Assembly: GCF_006345805.1 (NCBI RefSeq) | Contig: NC_042997.1 | Coordinates: 90,520,001-90,584,000 of the forward strand | Direction: 5' to 3' | From: Octopus sinensis | Taxonomy: Eukaryota | Length of the DNA stretch: 64,000 nucleotides | Part shown: positions 53,271-64,000 of the stretch, piece after piece | How positions within the stretch are numbered: position 1 is the first letter of the stretch | How the letters are laid out: each line of letters starts with the position of its first letter | Position numbers and translations under genes: made by a program | The notes under the pieces: generated by a model | Databases searched by the model: none | What the model was told of the DNA's origin: nothing | What the model saw: only the letters and a program-made list of their open reading frames with translations

Positions 53271-54389
53271 TTATCAAAAGGGCACGCGAGGCGCCTACCT
53301 GCTAGAAATAGGAGTTAAAACCCCCAGATAAACCACCAATAACACTGAAAAATGCAACAGAAAACAATTGTATTCGGGCGAACGGGTAAAAGATTTAGAC
53401 ATCCCAACCTAAACGCTGTATATTCTGGCATTTGGATACTCTTGTATCATGATTTCGAGTTCTGGTGAAAAGCATTAATTTACCAATTTGAAAAAATTCA
53501 AACTCGTCACATTGAAGTCTGCCGGCGTTCTGAATTGTTTTGTGCCAAAATCAGAACAGCTTCAGTGTAGATATATTAATAAGGAGTAAATATTCAAATG
53601 TGAATATTCATATAGATATTATTATTGTTATTATCATCTGTGGTAAATATAAATAATTGATAAAAACAACAACAATAAAGATGGCTGCAAGCATTAAATA
53701 GCGTTAGATTGCTATAGAATTAAAATTTATATTTATCAGAAGGCAACACGAGGTGCCTACCTGCTAGAAATACGAATTAAAACCCCATGTAAACCACCAT
53801 AACACTGAAAAATACAACAGAAAGCAACAGTATTCAGGCGAACGGGTAAAGAATTTAGACATAACAACACAGCTAACTGTTATATATTCTGACATTTGAA
53901 TACTTTTGTATCATCATTCCTGGTTCTGGTGAAAAGCCTCAACTCTCCTCAGCAAGTGTTGCAAAGCAATTCAGAACGCCGATAGGCTTCAAGGTAACGA
54001 GTTTGAATTTTTCACTTGGTAATTCTTGCTGAGGAGAGTTGAAGCCTTTCACCAGAACTCGAAATCACGACACAAAAACATATGCAAATGCCAGAATATA
54101 TAGCATTTAGCTTTGTTGGTATGTCTGAATTCTTTACCCGTTCGCCAGAATACAGTTGTATTCTTCAGTGTTATTGGTGGTTTACCTGGGGTTTTAATTC
54201 CTATTTCTAGCAGGTAGGCGCCTCGTGTGCCCTTTTGATAAATATGAATTTTAATTCTATAGATAGCTAACGCTATTTAATGCTTGCAATCACCTATATT
54301 ATTGTTGTTGTTGTTATCAATTATTTATATTTACGCAGATGATAACAATAATAATATCTATATAAATAGTCACCTTTGAATATTTACTC
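53271..54389. repeat. Triplicated unit (two direct, one inverted) forming an ~800-bp fold-back
   Basis: Left arm 53584-53956, right arm 54025-54389 (GAGTAAATATTCAAA/TTTGAATATTTACTC outer ends; CAACTCTCCTCAGCAAG/CTTGCTGAGGAGAGTTG inner ends); extra direct partial copy 53271-53547. Confidence 0.88.
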
Positions 54390-54584
54390 ATCTCTGCCCC
54401 AAGGCACATTCCTAACACGCCAGATGAGTTGGAGCAATCTCAAGATTAATCAGCCGAAATTGCGAAGATGATCCGGTTCTTGACTGAAGATTGAAGACTT
54501 CGAATGTCTCGTCCGTGTTTTTTGTATCGTCTTCTAAATGTTTTGCGTTCTTGTCCCAGTTTGTATTTATATATATATATATAT

Positions 54585-54988
54585 ACTCTTTTACTTGTTT
54601 CAGTCATTTGACTGCGGCCATGCTGGAGCACCGCCTTTAGTCGAGCAAATCGACCCCCGGGACTTATTCTTTGTAAGCCCAATACTTATTCTATCGGTCT
54701 CTTTTGCCGAACCGCTAGGTGACGGGGACGTAAACACACCAGCATCGGTTGTCAAGCAATGCTAGAGGGACAAACACACAAACATATACACACACATACA
54801 TGCATATATATATATACATATATACGACAGGCTTCTTTCAGTTTCCGTCTACCAAATCCACTCACAAGGCTTTGGTCGGCCCGAGGCTATAGCAGAAGAC
54901 ATTTGCCCAAGATGCCACGCAGTGGGACTGAACCCGGAACCATGTGGTTGGTTAGCAAGCTACTTACCACACAGCCACTCCTACGCCT
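54585..54988 (-). mobile_element. tRNA-derived SINE family B, full length (~400 bp)
   Basis: Minus strand: head GGAGTGGCTGTGTGGTAAG..GGTTCCGGGTTCAGTCCC, core GGGCAAATGTCTTCTGCTATAGCCTCGGGCCGACCAAAGCC, internal (TG)n, tail ..GACTGAAACAAGTAAAAGAGTA. Confidence 0.9.
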
Positions 54989-55392
54989 AATATATATATA
55001 CACACATACATACACACACACAGATAGATATATACATTTGTCTATACATCCTCACGCACAAATATAAATGTTTTAAATATTTTTTAAACCAAAACAATAG
55101 AAGTTATGACTCTGTGTGTGTATGTATGTGTGTGTATGTGTGTGTGTGTGTGTGTGTGCGCGTGTGTGTTTGTACTGAGATAGATAGACCGAAAGAGAGA
55201 GAAGCAAAAACATAGTGCTCAAGGGTGAGATGACGTACAGAGAAAGTCAAGTCTTAAAATTCCGTGGGAATTTTGTCAGTGAACTGGTTGCAGTTTCAAA
55301 GGGACGAAAATATTTTGGCAAATTAAATTTAAATGTTGAAGTGAATCTAACATTTTTGTGCGTTTTTACAAACACCTTCCACGCTGCAATTG

Positions 55393-55485
<93 letters not shown>

Positions 55486-55486
55486 G

Positions 55487-55830
55487 CAGGTGTGGCTATG
55501 TGGTAAGAAGCTTGCTTCCGAACCACGTGGTTCCGGGTTCAGTCCCGCTGCGTGGCACCTTGAGCAAATGTCTTCAACTATAGCACCGGGACGATCAAAG
55601 CTTTGTGAGTGGATTTAGAAGATGGAGACTCAAAGAAGCCCGTCGTATATATGTATGTGTGTGTGTGTGTCTTTATGTCTGGTGAGTTTACATCCCCGTA
55701 ACATAGAAGTTCGACAAAGGGGGCGATAGAATAAATACCAGGCGTTAAAAAATAAGTATTGGGCTTCATACATTCGGCTAAAAATCCTTTAAGACGGCCT
55801 CAGTCTAATGACTGAAACTATAAGATGAAA
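55487..55830 (+). mobile_element. SINE family B, diverged copy
   Basis: GGTGTGGCTATGTGGTAAGAAGCTTGCTTCCGAACCACGTGGTTCCGGGTTCAGTCCCGCTGCGTGGCACCTTGAGCAAATGTC. Confidence 0.7.
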
Positions 55831-57022
55831 GATAAAGGATTGATAGATAGATAGAGAAAGAGAGAGAGGGGGAAGGATGAGGGGGAGTGAAGGAGAGAGG
55901 GAGAGACACACATACATACCTACCTACCACTCACCAGTGATTGGAGGTGTGGACAATTGTCCGTTTGTCTTTTCTGCATTTTTTAATATTTTTTATCATC
56001 CTCGTAATTTCAAAACAGTATATACGACACTGAGAAAGTATTTCAACTTATTGTTACAATGTATTTTGTTTGTTGTTTCTTTGTTGTTGTTTGTTTTTGG
56101 CTTTTATATGTTGTTTTTTGTTTTGGCTTTTAGATTTTTTTTCATACTTATTCTAGATTATCTTTGTCAATATATTTTAATTTCCTGATGTTTCAATTTG
56201 CTTTAGTTTGCTAAATTTGGACATATGTGTAAATCGTTTTGACATTTCGTTACTTTTTTCTTTATCTTATTTATTTATTTTACATTTTTTCTGTATACGA
56301 GGATTATCATCCAATTCAAACGAAATATGATTATTATAAAACACATACCACCCAACTCTTACAAAAATATGCGTAAATATTTTATACATAAGTATCTGAT
56401 TAATTATCCATAATCACTGTTCAATTTATATGCGGCAAAATATTCATACACGATCATAAACATGGAGGGCGAATGTGTACGTAAGAAAGGTAAAACAGCG
56501 TATTACACGGCTATGGAAACAAGTAAAAATTCGAAAACGGGAAAATATATGATATAATTGATTCATCCCGAACTTGGGCTGAACTTGGGCAGTACTGAAC
56601 TTGGGCAGTTATGAAACAACTTTCGGCTCGCTAGTGTCCGTCAGACCATATATATCTTTACGTGTGTATTATATATTTATATTGTGTGATTGTGAGTGTG
56701 TGTATATATATAAATATAAATATATATACACACATATATATACTTAGATAAATATATATTTATATGTACTGGCGGCGCCTCAGCATATCCACACCCTCTA
56801 GGCTGAAACTCATAAAAGAATGTGTGTGTGTGTGAGTGTGTCGTGAAGAACATTTTAGTACTGGTTCCAGTCTTTGCGCCTTTTCCAACTCAGAGTAAAG
56901 CATGAAAAACAATTAAAATTTGGAAAAATTAAATGAAATGATTTCTTTTTAAATATTTCTATAGTTTTCAAATGCAAGGGTCATTTTCTCTTTTTCTGTC
57001 TTTGTCTGTTTTTTACTCATGT

Positions 57023-57103
57023 GAAGAAGAAGAAGAAGAAGAAGAAGAAGAAGAAGAAGAAGAAGAAGAAGAAGAAGAAGAAGAAGAAGAAGAAGAAGAA
57101 GAA
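57023..57103. repeat. Pure (GAA)n tract
   Basis: About 27 uninterrupted GAA units. Confidence 0.95.
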
Positions 57104-57320
57104 TGCGGGAGTGGTATGACAACAGTAGGGTGTTAGAGGACCCTCTTAAATGGTCAAGTGACCTAAAAGTGACCCGTTGTGGTTGTAATAGTAGTGACTG
57201 GAATTGCTATGAATAAATTCATAGGTAGTGACTTTTCTGAATATATCGTTTTTAATATTTGCTTGGTATTATTCTAAGTCCCTTGTGGTGGAAGCATTCA
57301 AAAGGGGTTTATATTTTGTG

Positions 57321-57391
<71 letters not shown>

Positions 57392-58637
57392 CGTGCGTGT
57401 GTATGCATGTATGTATGTATATACGTGTATGTGCATGTGTGTATGCATATGTACATGTGTGTGTAAGCGCGCGTGTATTATATCTGAAAATTTGAAATGA
57501 CGATAAAGAAAAAACACTAAAGGAGAGACGGACTAAGAGGGAGAGAGAGACAGTTGGAGGGGAAGGAACAAAAAGCAGAAAAAGTATCAAGAGAAAACAG
57601 TTAAGACTGGACATTGGAGGGAGAAAAACAGAGAAAGAAAGAATGAAGGAAAGATAGAAAGGAAAGAAAGGAAAATAAAAGGAATAATGAATGAGTAACC
57701 GAAATGATGGTGGGAGGGAAAGGGAACGGCGGCTAAAAAGAAGAGTAATTTGCCGACACGAATCCTTTTATTTAACAATACACTTCTCTTTCGTGCTAGA
57801 TTTTTACGTTTGCAATGCCTTCGGCGGCACAAGATGTGCTACTTTGTCACATCTGTATGAAGATAATACACAGCTCCTTATCGCCATTGCAGCGAATGAA
57901 CGTGGTGTGCGGTGGGTTGTTTCTGGAACGAACGGATGAGCCAAAAAGAGCCAGCGAGCGACGAACGAAGCAAGAAAAGAATTGGGGAGGAGTGGGTAAA
58001 AGAAATGGAAAACAAAAATAAATAAAAGTATGGAGAATGTATAGATAAATAAGTAAAAGACATTGGGAAATAAATTTGCTTTTGTTTTATGTTTTTATTT
58101 ATTTATTTATTTATTTGCTATTTTCTTATTTTGCAAAATTAGGGTTTATGAGAAGTTTTCAGGCCGCTGTTGCAATCTATCAATTTCACACTACTACTAC
58201 TACTACTACAACTGCCGCTACTGCCACTGCTGCTGCTGCTACTACAACTACTACTACTACTAACAAAAATTCTTTGTAACATAAGCACAACATCAGAAAT
58301 GTGAGGGAAGAGGGACATTCGATTACATCGGTCTCAATACTTGACTGGTACTTTATTTTATCGACCCCAGAAGGATGGGAAGCAAAGTTCATCTCAGCAT
58401 GTGTTGAACCTAGAATGTAAAGCGACAGTATATATTGTCCGGTATTCTAAAGATTCTATCAGTTAACCATCGTAATAATAATGACGATTATATTGAGGAG
58501 GAGGAGGAGGAGGAGGATGAGAGAGAGGATACTACTACTACGACAAACACTACCTCTACTACTAGTACAACTACTACTACTACTACTGCTACTACTGCTA
58601 CTACTACTACTACTACTACTAAAAATAATAATAATAA

Positions 58638-58679
<42 letters not shown>

Positions 58680-58682
<3 letters not shown>

Positions 58683-58889
58683 GGTTTCAAATTTTGCCAC
58701 AAGGGCAGCCATTTTGGAGGCGGGGATGAGTCGGTAACATCGACCCCAGTGTTTCACTGCTACTTAATTTATCGACCTCGAAAAAATGGAAAACAAAGTC
58801 GATCGCGGAGGAATTTGAACTCAGAACGTAGCGACGGGCGAGATATTGCTAAGCATTTCGTCTACCAACGATTCTGCCAGCTCGCCGCC

Positions 58890-58956
<67 letters not shown>

Positions 58957-59120
58957 TAATAATAATAATAATAATGGTTTCACATTTTAGCACAAGCCAG
59001 CAATTTTGGGGAAAGGAGTAAGTCGATTATATGGACCCCAGTGCTCAACTGGTACTTATTTTATCGATCCCGGAAGGATAATAAACAAAGCTGTTCTCAG
59101 TTGCATTTGAACTCAGAAGC
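58680..59120 (-). mobile_element. Two SINE family A copies separated and flanked by (TAA)n
   Basis: GGAATTTGAACTCAGAAC and TTTATCGAC cores in 58680-58890 and 58975-59120. Confidence 0.8.
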
Positions 59121-59291
59121 TAAATTCAGAAGAAACCAATGATAATTGCTTCTCTATTGACCACAAGTGCCCAATGACAAAGAGGAACAGCACAAACGGG
59201 TGAGATACAAATCAGTTTTCAGAATTTACATAGAAACGTGTAAAAAAATTTACGTAAAACAATTAATGATAGAAAATTACACCTAATACAA

Positions 59292-59345
59292 TTACCCAAT
59301 AGAGTAGGGTCAGCTTTTACAAGCTGACCCTATTCTATTTGGTAA
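59292..59345. other. Near-perfect 25-bp hairpin
   Basis: TTACCCAATAGAGTAGGGTCAGCTT-TTAC-AAGCTGACCCTATTCTATTTGGTAA: one C/T mismatch and one G-U pair. Confidence 0.85.
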
Positions 59346-59520
59346 CATCGTGCCACCAAAAGACACTAGGGGATTCAATCAAAGAGGGATTTGCACTTTT
59401 GAGCAACGATGCACTAAAATTACCTCCACGACTACCAACACCACTTCAGACAACAAGACTACAAACACAATTTAATTCACACACGCATACACACACATAC
59501 ATATATATGTATATATATAT

Positions 59521-60412
59521 ATATTAATAAATAAAATAAAACATATGCATATATATAAACATATATGTACGTACCTACCTCTACATGTACATATACACGC
59601 ATATATGAGTACAAGACACCAAAAGGACGTCGAACACAAGGAGAAATGAAAACAGACACAAACCAAAGGAACTGGACATTTTTTTTTAAAACAGCAAAAA
59701 ATAGAGTACAGGACAATTAACACAAAGAAAAAACCCCTTCTTCATTTGCTATGGTTTCATCTACTCTACGTTTCGAAGGATAAAAGCGAGACATATCTTC
59801 GACAAGAAACTTTCCTTCCTGCGAAAAGCAAATCAATTAAAATTCTGAGATCTTTTTGCAGAGGGGTAAAAAATGGTAACAAAAACAGGACAGTAACGAC
59901 AGTACAAATTATAAACAGTAAAAGACAGGACAAGGAAAAACAAGATAAGAAGGGCTGTTAACGCTGAACGAAAAAAAGTATTGCGAACGCGGAATTTTTT
60001 ATGAACGACGAGCGGAGCAAAAAGAATGTCGTCCATTACCTTGAGAGGGCCAGGCCAGAGAGACAGCAGCGGAAGTCACGTCGCGGGTGAACGACGGGAA
60101 GGGGGGGAGAGGAGCAAGAGAAAGGGAGAGAAGAAGGGGAATGGCTGCGAGGAAACCATGAAGAATGAAGAGGGAGAGAGAGAGAGTGAAGAATGAGAGA
60201 GAGGAGAGACAAGTTAAGTAGAGGAAAAGGAAATCAAAGAATGAAGGCTGAGAAAGGGATGGGACAGAAAGGTTAAGAGTGCGCGTCAGAGTTAATATCA
60301 AGAACAAAACTTGATATAAAGAACAATCTTACTTAAGGGGGTGCGTGCGTTTCGTCATATAATATATTAATAAATAAAATAAAACATATGCATATATATA
60401 AACATATATGTA
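59521..60412. repeat. ~800-bp segment bounded by an identical 49-bp direct repeat
   Basis: ATATTAATAAATAAAATAAAACATATGCATATATATAAACATATATGTA at 59521-59569 and 60364-60412. Confidence 0.7.
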
Positions 60413-60450
60413 ATATATATATATAGAGAGAGATAGATAGATAGATAGAT

Positions 60451-60517
<67 letters not shown>

Positions 60518-60551
60518 TGTATGTATGTATACATATATACATATATTTACA

Positions 60552-60701
60552 CTTTGTGTAACGCTGAATTTCCCTGAAAACTACGTTAGGGATACGTGTG
60601 TCTGTGGATTGCTCAGTCACTTGCACGTTAATTTCACGAGCAGGCTGTTCCGTTGATCGTATCACCTGGGACCCTCATCGTCGTAACCGATGGAGTGCTC
60701 C
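60552..60701 (-). mobile_element. Family D repeat, uninterrupted partial copy
   Basis: Reverse complement aligns with 37361-37585 once the nested insertion is removed. Confidence 0.75.
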
Positions 60702-61399
60702 TTTATATATATATATATATACATACATGCATACATGCATACAGATATACCAAAAGCTCGAAAGATACACCCAAGAAGAGCAAAAGATAGAAATCATTAA
60801 ATTCACGGCCACAAACACGGGCAAAAAAAACTTATGAATTGCATGCATCAACGGGCAATTACGCACATCAAAACAACAAATAGCATTCCGACACACGTAA
60901 AAATGATCAATGGAATACAATATTTGAAAAACTATCTAGAATATTGTTGCGCTATTTTAAAACAATTCAATATTTTAAAGCAAATACCTCGACAGAATAG
61001 ATTTCTGGAGGAATATTCTTTCTCTTTTTAGTATAAGATCAGCAATTTTGAAGCGAACGGAAGTCGATTACATCGACTACAGAGTTCAACTGGTACTCAT
61101 TTTATCGACCCGAAAGGATGAAAGACAGTCGACCTCGGTGGAATTTGAACGCAGAACATAAAAAAAAAGAAGCAATGTCGGTAAGCCTTTTTGTCCAAGG
61201 CGCTAAGAATTCGGCCAAATGACTATACGACGACTTACCCGTGAAAACAACTGCAGCTATCTGAAAGAACGGGATAGCTGTCCTTCCACAGGAATAACGT
61301 AAGTGGTCCTTCTCCCTTTCGTCCTTTTGTCATACAGGGTCTTACTCAGAATAGACTATATGCACATGTTCACACTAGAAACAATTCCACCTTCTCATC

Positions 61400-61870
61400 G
61401 CCTTCAGGTCATTAGATATATGTGGTGATTATCAGCGAGGCCATGATTTTTGATGGCTACGACGCGTCCACAAATTCCATTCATTTCTCCAAGTTAATAG
61501 GGATCGGGAGGTGGAGTCGCTATGTTCTTCTGGAAAGGTCTAGGTCTTACGTTACAAGACATCTTGGACCTAGAAGGCAAGTTGGTTGGCTTGTTGGTTG
61601 GTTGGTTGGTTGGTTGGTTGGTTGGTTGGTTGGTTGGTTGGCTGGCTGGTTGGTTGGACTGAACATGGCCAGCAGCGAAGCCATGCCTTCAGTTTAGTAG
61701 CCATCTACACCCCATCAGGTGCGGGGGAGATTTCTTCCTGCGTGCTGGGGTCTTCTTAAGAACACTCTGCTCTTTAGTGTTAGTGAATGATTGGAATGCC
61801 ATTTTGGATATATGACGGAACCATTTGGGATTAGCTGATAAGAAAGGCGGATACGAAAGGAACAAACAAG
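61400..61870 (+). mobile_element. Tx1-type endonuclease relic split by (GGTT)n
   Basis: [29 protein letters not shown] (61501-61587), [14 protein letters not shown] and LVLVNDWNAILD (61774-61809) parallel ORF2 at 18090-18330. Confidence 0.7.
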
Positions 61871-62410
61871 AGAAACACACTCCACATCAGCAGCAGCAGG
61901 TACTATTACCACAATTTAAAGGGATTCCACTGGCACCAATCAACCAGACATTGAGCAGACACTGAAACTGCGTAACAATCACACTCGCGCCCCAACATAA
62001 CCACGAATATCTCCAACGCTAGAAACGCCATCAATATTACAAACAACAAACGAAAACACAACTCAATCCGCTCCAACTACAAGAATCCTATCTCGAAACC
62101 GAACAAACACAAACCAACATCAACAACACAGCCATATATACAAACAAGGACTTAATGAAACATATACAGTGATACACAAATATTACTCACAATGACTATA
62201 TCACACACCCCACGTAACAACCCGAGCTCGTATAAAAGTTATAAGAATAATGCAAGAAACTTATAACAAACTGTAAACAAAATATACCAAGGGAATGGGC
62301 GATTCCTGGGGGAATATAGATAAAATACTCAATAAAGAAATGCTTGAGGTAACAACCACAAACAGCCGAAAGGACATGAAACCTGTCCATTCACAGAAAT
62401 AAGTTCCTTC

Positions 62411-62643
62411 AAGGCGGCGAGCTGGCAGAATCGTTAGCACGCCGGGCGAAATGCTTAGCGGTATTTCGTCTGCCGCTACGTTCTGAGTTCAAATTCCGCC
62501 GAGGTCGACTTTGCCTTTCATCCTTTCGGGGTCGATTAAATAAGTACCAGTTACGCACTGGAGTCGATATAATCGACTTAATCCGTTTGTCTGTCCTTGT
62601 TTGTCCTCTCTGTGTTTGGCCCCTTGTGGGTAGTAAAGAAACA
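62411..62643 (+). mobile_element. Young SINE family A copy with 16-bp TSD
   Basis: A-box GGCAGAATCGTTAG, B-box GAGTTCAAATTCC; AGAAATAAGTTCCTTC at 62395-62410 and 62644-62659. Confidence 0.92.
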
Positions 62644-63074
62644 AGAAATAAGTTCCTTCTCACTTTGTCCCCTCTTGTGTCGTACTCAGAATAGGATGTG
62701 TGAATACACATAGCCTGGGGTGGACTTGGACTCATGGCACCTGCTCAACGACCGCAGGTCATTAGATGAGCACGAATGCTTGTGCTTCGGAAATTCTGGT
62801 CTTAGATGTAGCAGTCCTTGTTTGTTGTCCTTGTTGTTGTTGGAAGAGAAGAAGGAGGGAAGGAGGGGGAGGAGGACGACGACGTTGTTGACGGTGATGC
62901 TAACGTTCATTGTTTTCCGTTATTGTTGTAGCTATAACTCTACTTACGGTTTATAAATTCTTTTTTTACGATTTGGTTCTTTTTCTTTTTTTCTTTTTTG
63001 TGTGCGTGTGTGATTGCTAGTGTTGTTAATGTCGTCACTGTCGTCTTTGCTTTTTTTGTTCTTGTTCTTATTGA

Positions 63075-63511
63075 GGGCGACGATCTGGCAGAATCGTTAG
63101 CACGCCGGGCAAAATGCTTACCGACATTTCGTCCGTCTTTACGATCTCAGTTGAAATTCCGCCGCGGCTGACATTGCCTTTCATCTTTTCAGGATCGATA
63201 AATTAAGTACCATTTACGCACTGGGGTCGATGTAATCGACTTAATCCCTTTGTCTGTCCTTGTTTGTCCCCTCTGTGTTTAGCCCCTTGTGGGCAATAAA
63301 GAAATAAGTATCGTTAGCACGCCGGGCAAATTGCTTACCGACATTTCGTCCGTCTTTATGTTCTCAGTTCAAATTCCGCCGCGGCTGACATTGCCTTTCA
63401 TCTTTTCAGGGTCGATAAAATAAATACCAGCTACGCACTGGGGTTGATGAAATCAACTACCCCCACCCTCCGCTAAAATTTCAGGCCTTGTGCCTATCGT
63501 AGAAAGGATTA
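63075..63511 (+). mobile_element. Tandem dimer of SINE family A
   Basis: Two head-to-tail units sharing private variants (GCCGCGGCTGACATTGCC, CTTACCGACATTTCG). Confidence 0.85.
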
Positions 63512-63519
63512 TTTTTGTT

Positions 63520-63950
63520 GTTTTTGTTGTTGTTATAATTATACTTGTTGTTGTTATTGATAATGTTGTTGTTGTTATTATTCTTGTTCTTGTTATTTTC
63601 CGTTGCCTCTGCTGCTGCTGACGGTGTGTTGTTATTCTTGTTTGTTGCTGCTGCTACTGCTACTGCTGCCGTTGCAATTGCTGCTGCTGCTGCTGCTGTA
63701 GTTGTTGTTGCTATCGTTTATGTATCTGTTGTGGTTGTTGTTGTTTGCCGTTGCCTCCGCTGCTGATGTTGTGTTGTTATTTTAGTTTGTTGTTGCTGCT
63801 GCCGCCGCTGTTGTTTACCACTGCTGTTGTTGTTAGCGTTACTATTACTACTGTTGTTGCTGCTGTTGTTGTTGTTGTTGTTGTTATTGTTGTTGTTACT
63901 GTTTATATATTTTTGTTGTTGTTGTTATCGTTATTATTGTTGTTGTTCTC
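63520..63950. repeat. (GTT)n/(GCT)n low-complexity field
   Basis: Direct reading. Confidence 0.9.
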
Positions 63951-64000
63951 CTTCAGTTAGACCTTGATTTTCTGGCTGCTAATTAAGTTTTCACTCACCT

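Noticed and set aside
61920-62390. Another Tx1 ORF1 C-terminal relic
   Set aside because: Only compositional (A/C-rich) resemblance to 17500-17816; no alignable motif.

Overview
AT-rich animal genomic DNA, most likely octopus (coleoid cephalopod). I infer this from the very dense (TA)n/(CA)n/(GATA)n/(TATG)n/(TAA)n/(GAT,GGT)n microsatellites and from tRNA-derived SINE families I recall from Octopus. Nearly all ORFs in the supplied track are microsatellite artefacts or transposon relics. Recognisable mobile elements: a near full-length but 3'-truncated Tx1/L1-clade LINE (15706-20327) plus two older Tx1 endonuclease relics, two R4/Dong-type (RLE) LINE fragments, a decayed Penelope-like element, a Helitron Rep relic, two non-autonomous Helitrons with canonical ends, one TIR-bounded mariner-like element plus two fragments, an RTE 3' end, and many SINEs of at least three families. 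No intact autonomous element, bona fide tRNA/rRNA gene or CRISPR array is present. Best leads: (1) two phase-0 candidate exons (3196-3351, 9264-9365) missed by the ORF track, which splice into a signal-peptide-bearing protein resembling helices A/B of CNTF/IL-6-family helical cytokines; (2) a tRNA-headed SINE whose tail carries a Penelope-type minimal hammerhead-ribozyme motif (14110-14392); (3) an ~800-bp fold-back inside a triplicated unit (53271-54389); (4) a (TAA)n tract from which Dong-like and Tx1 LINEs diverge. All homology calls come from manual translation and motif recall; no searches were run.
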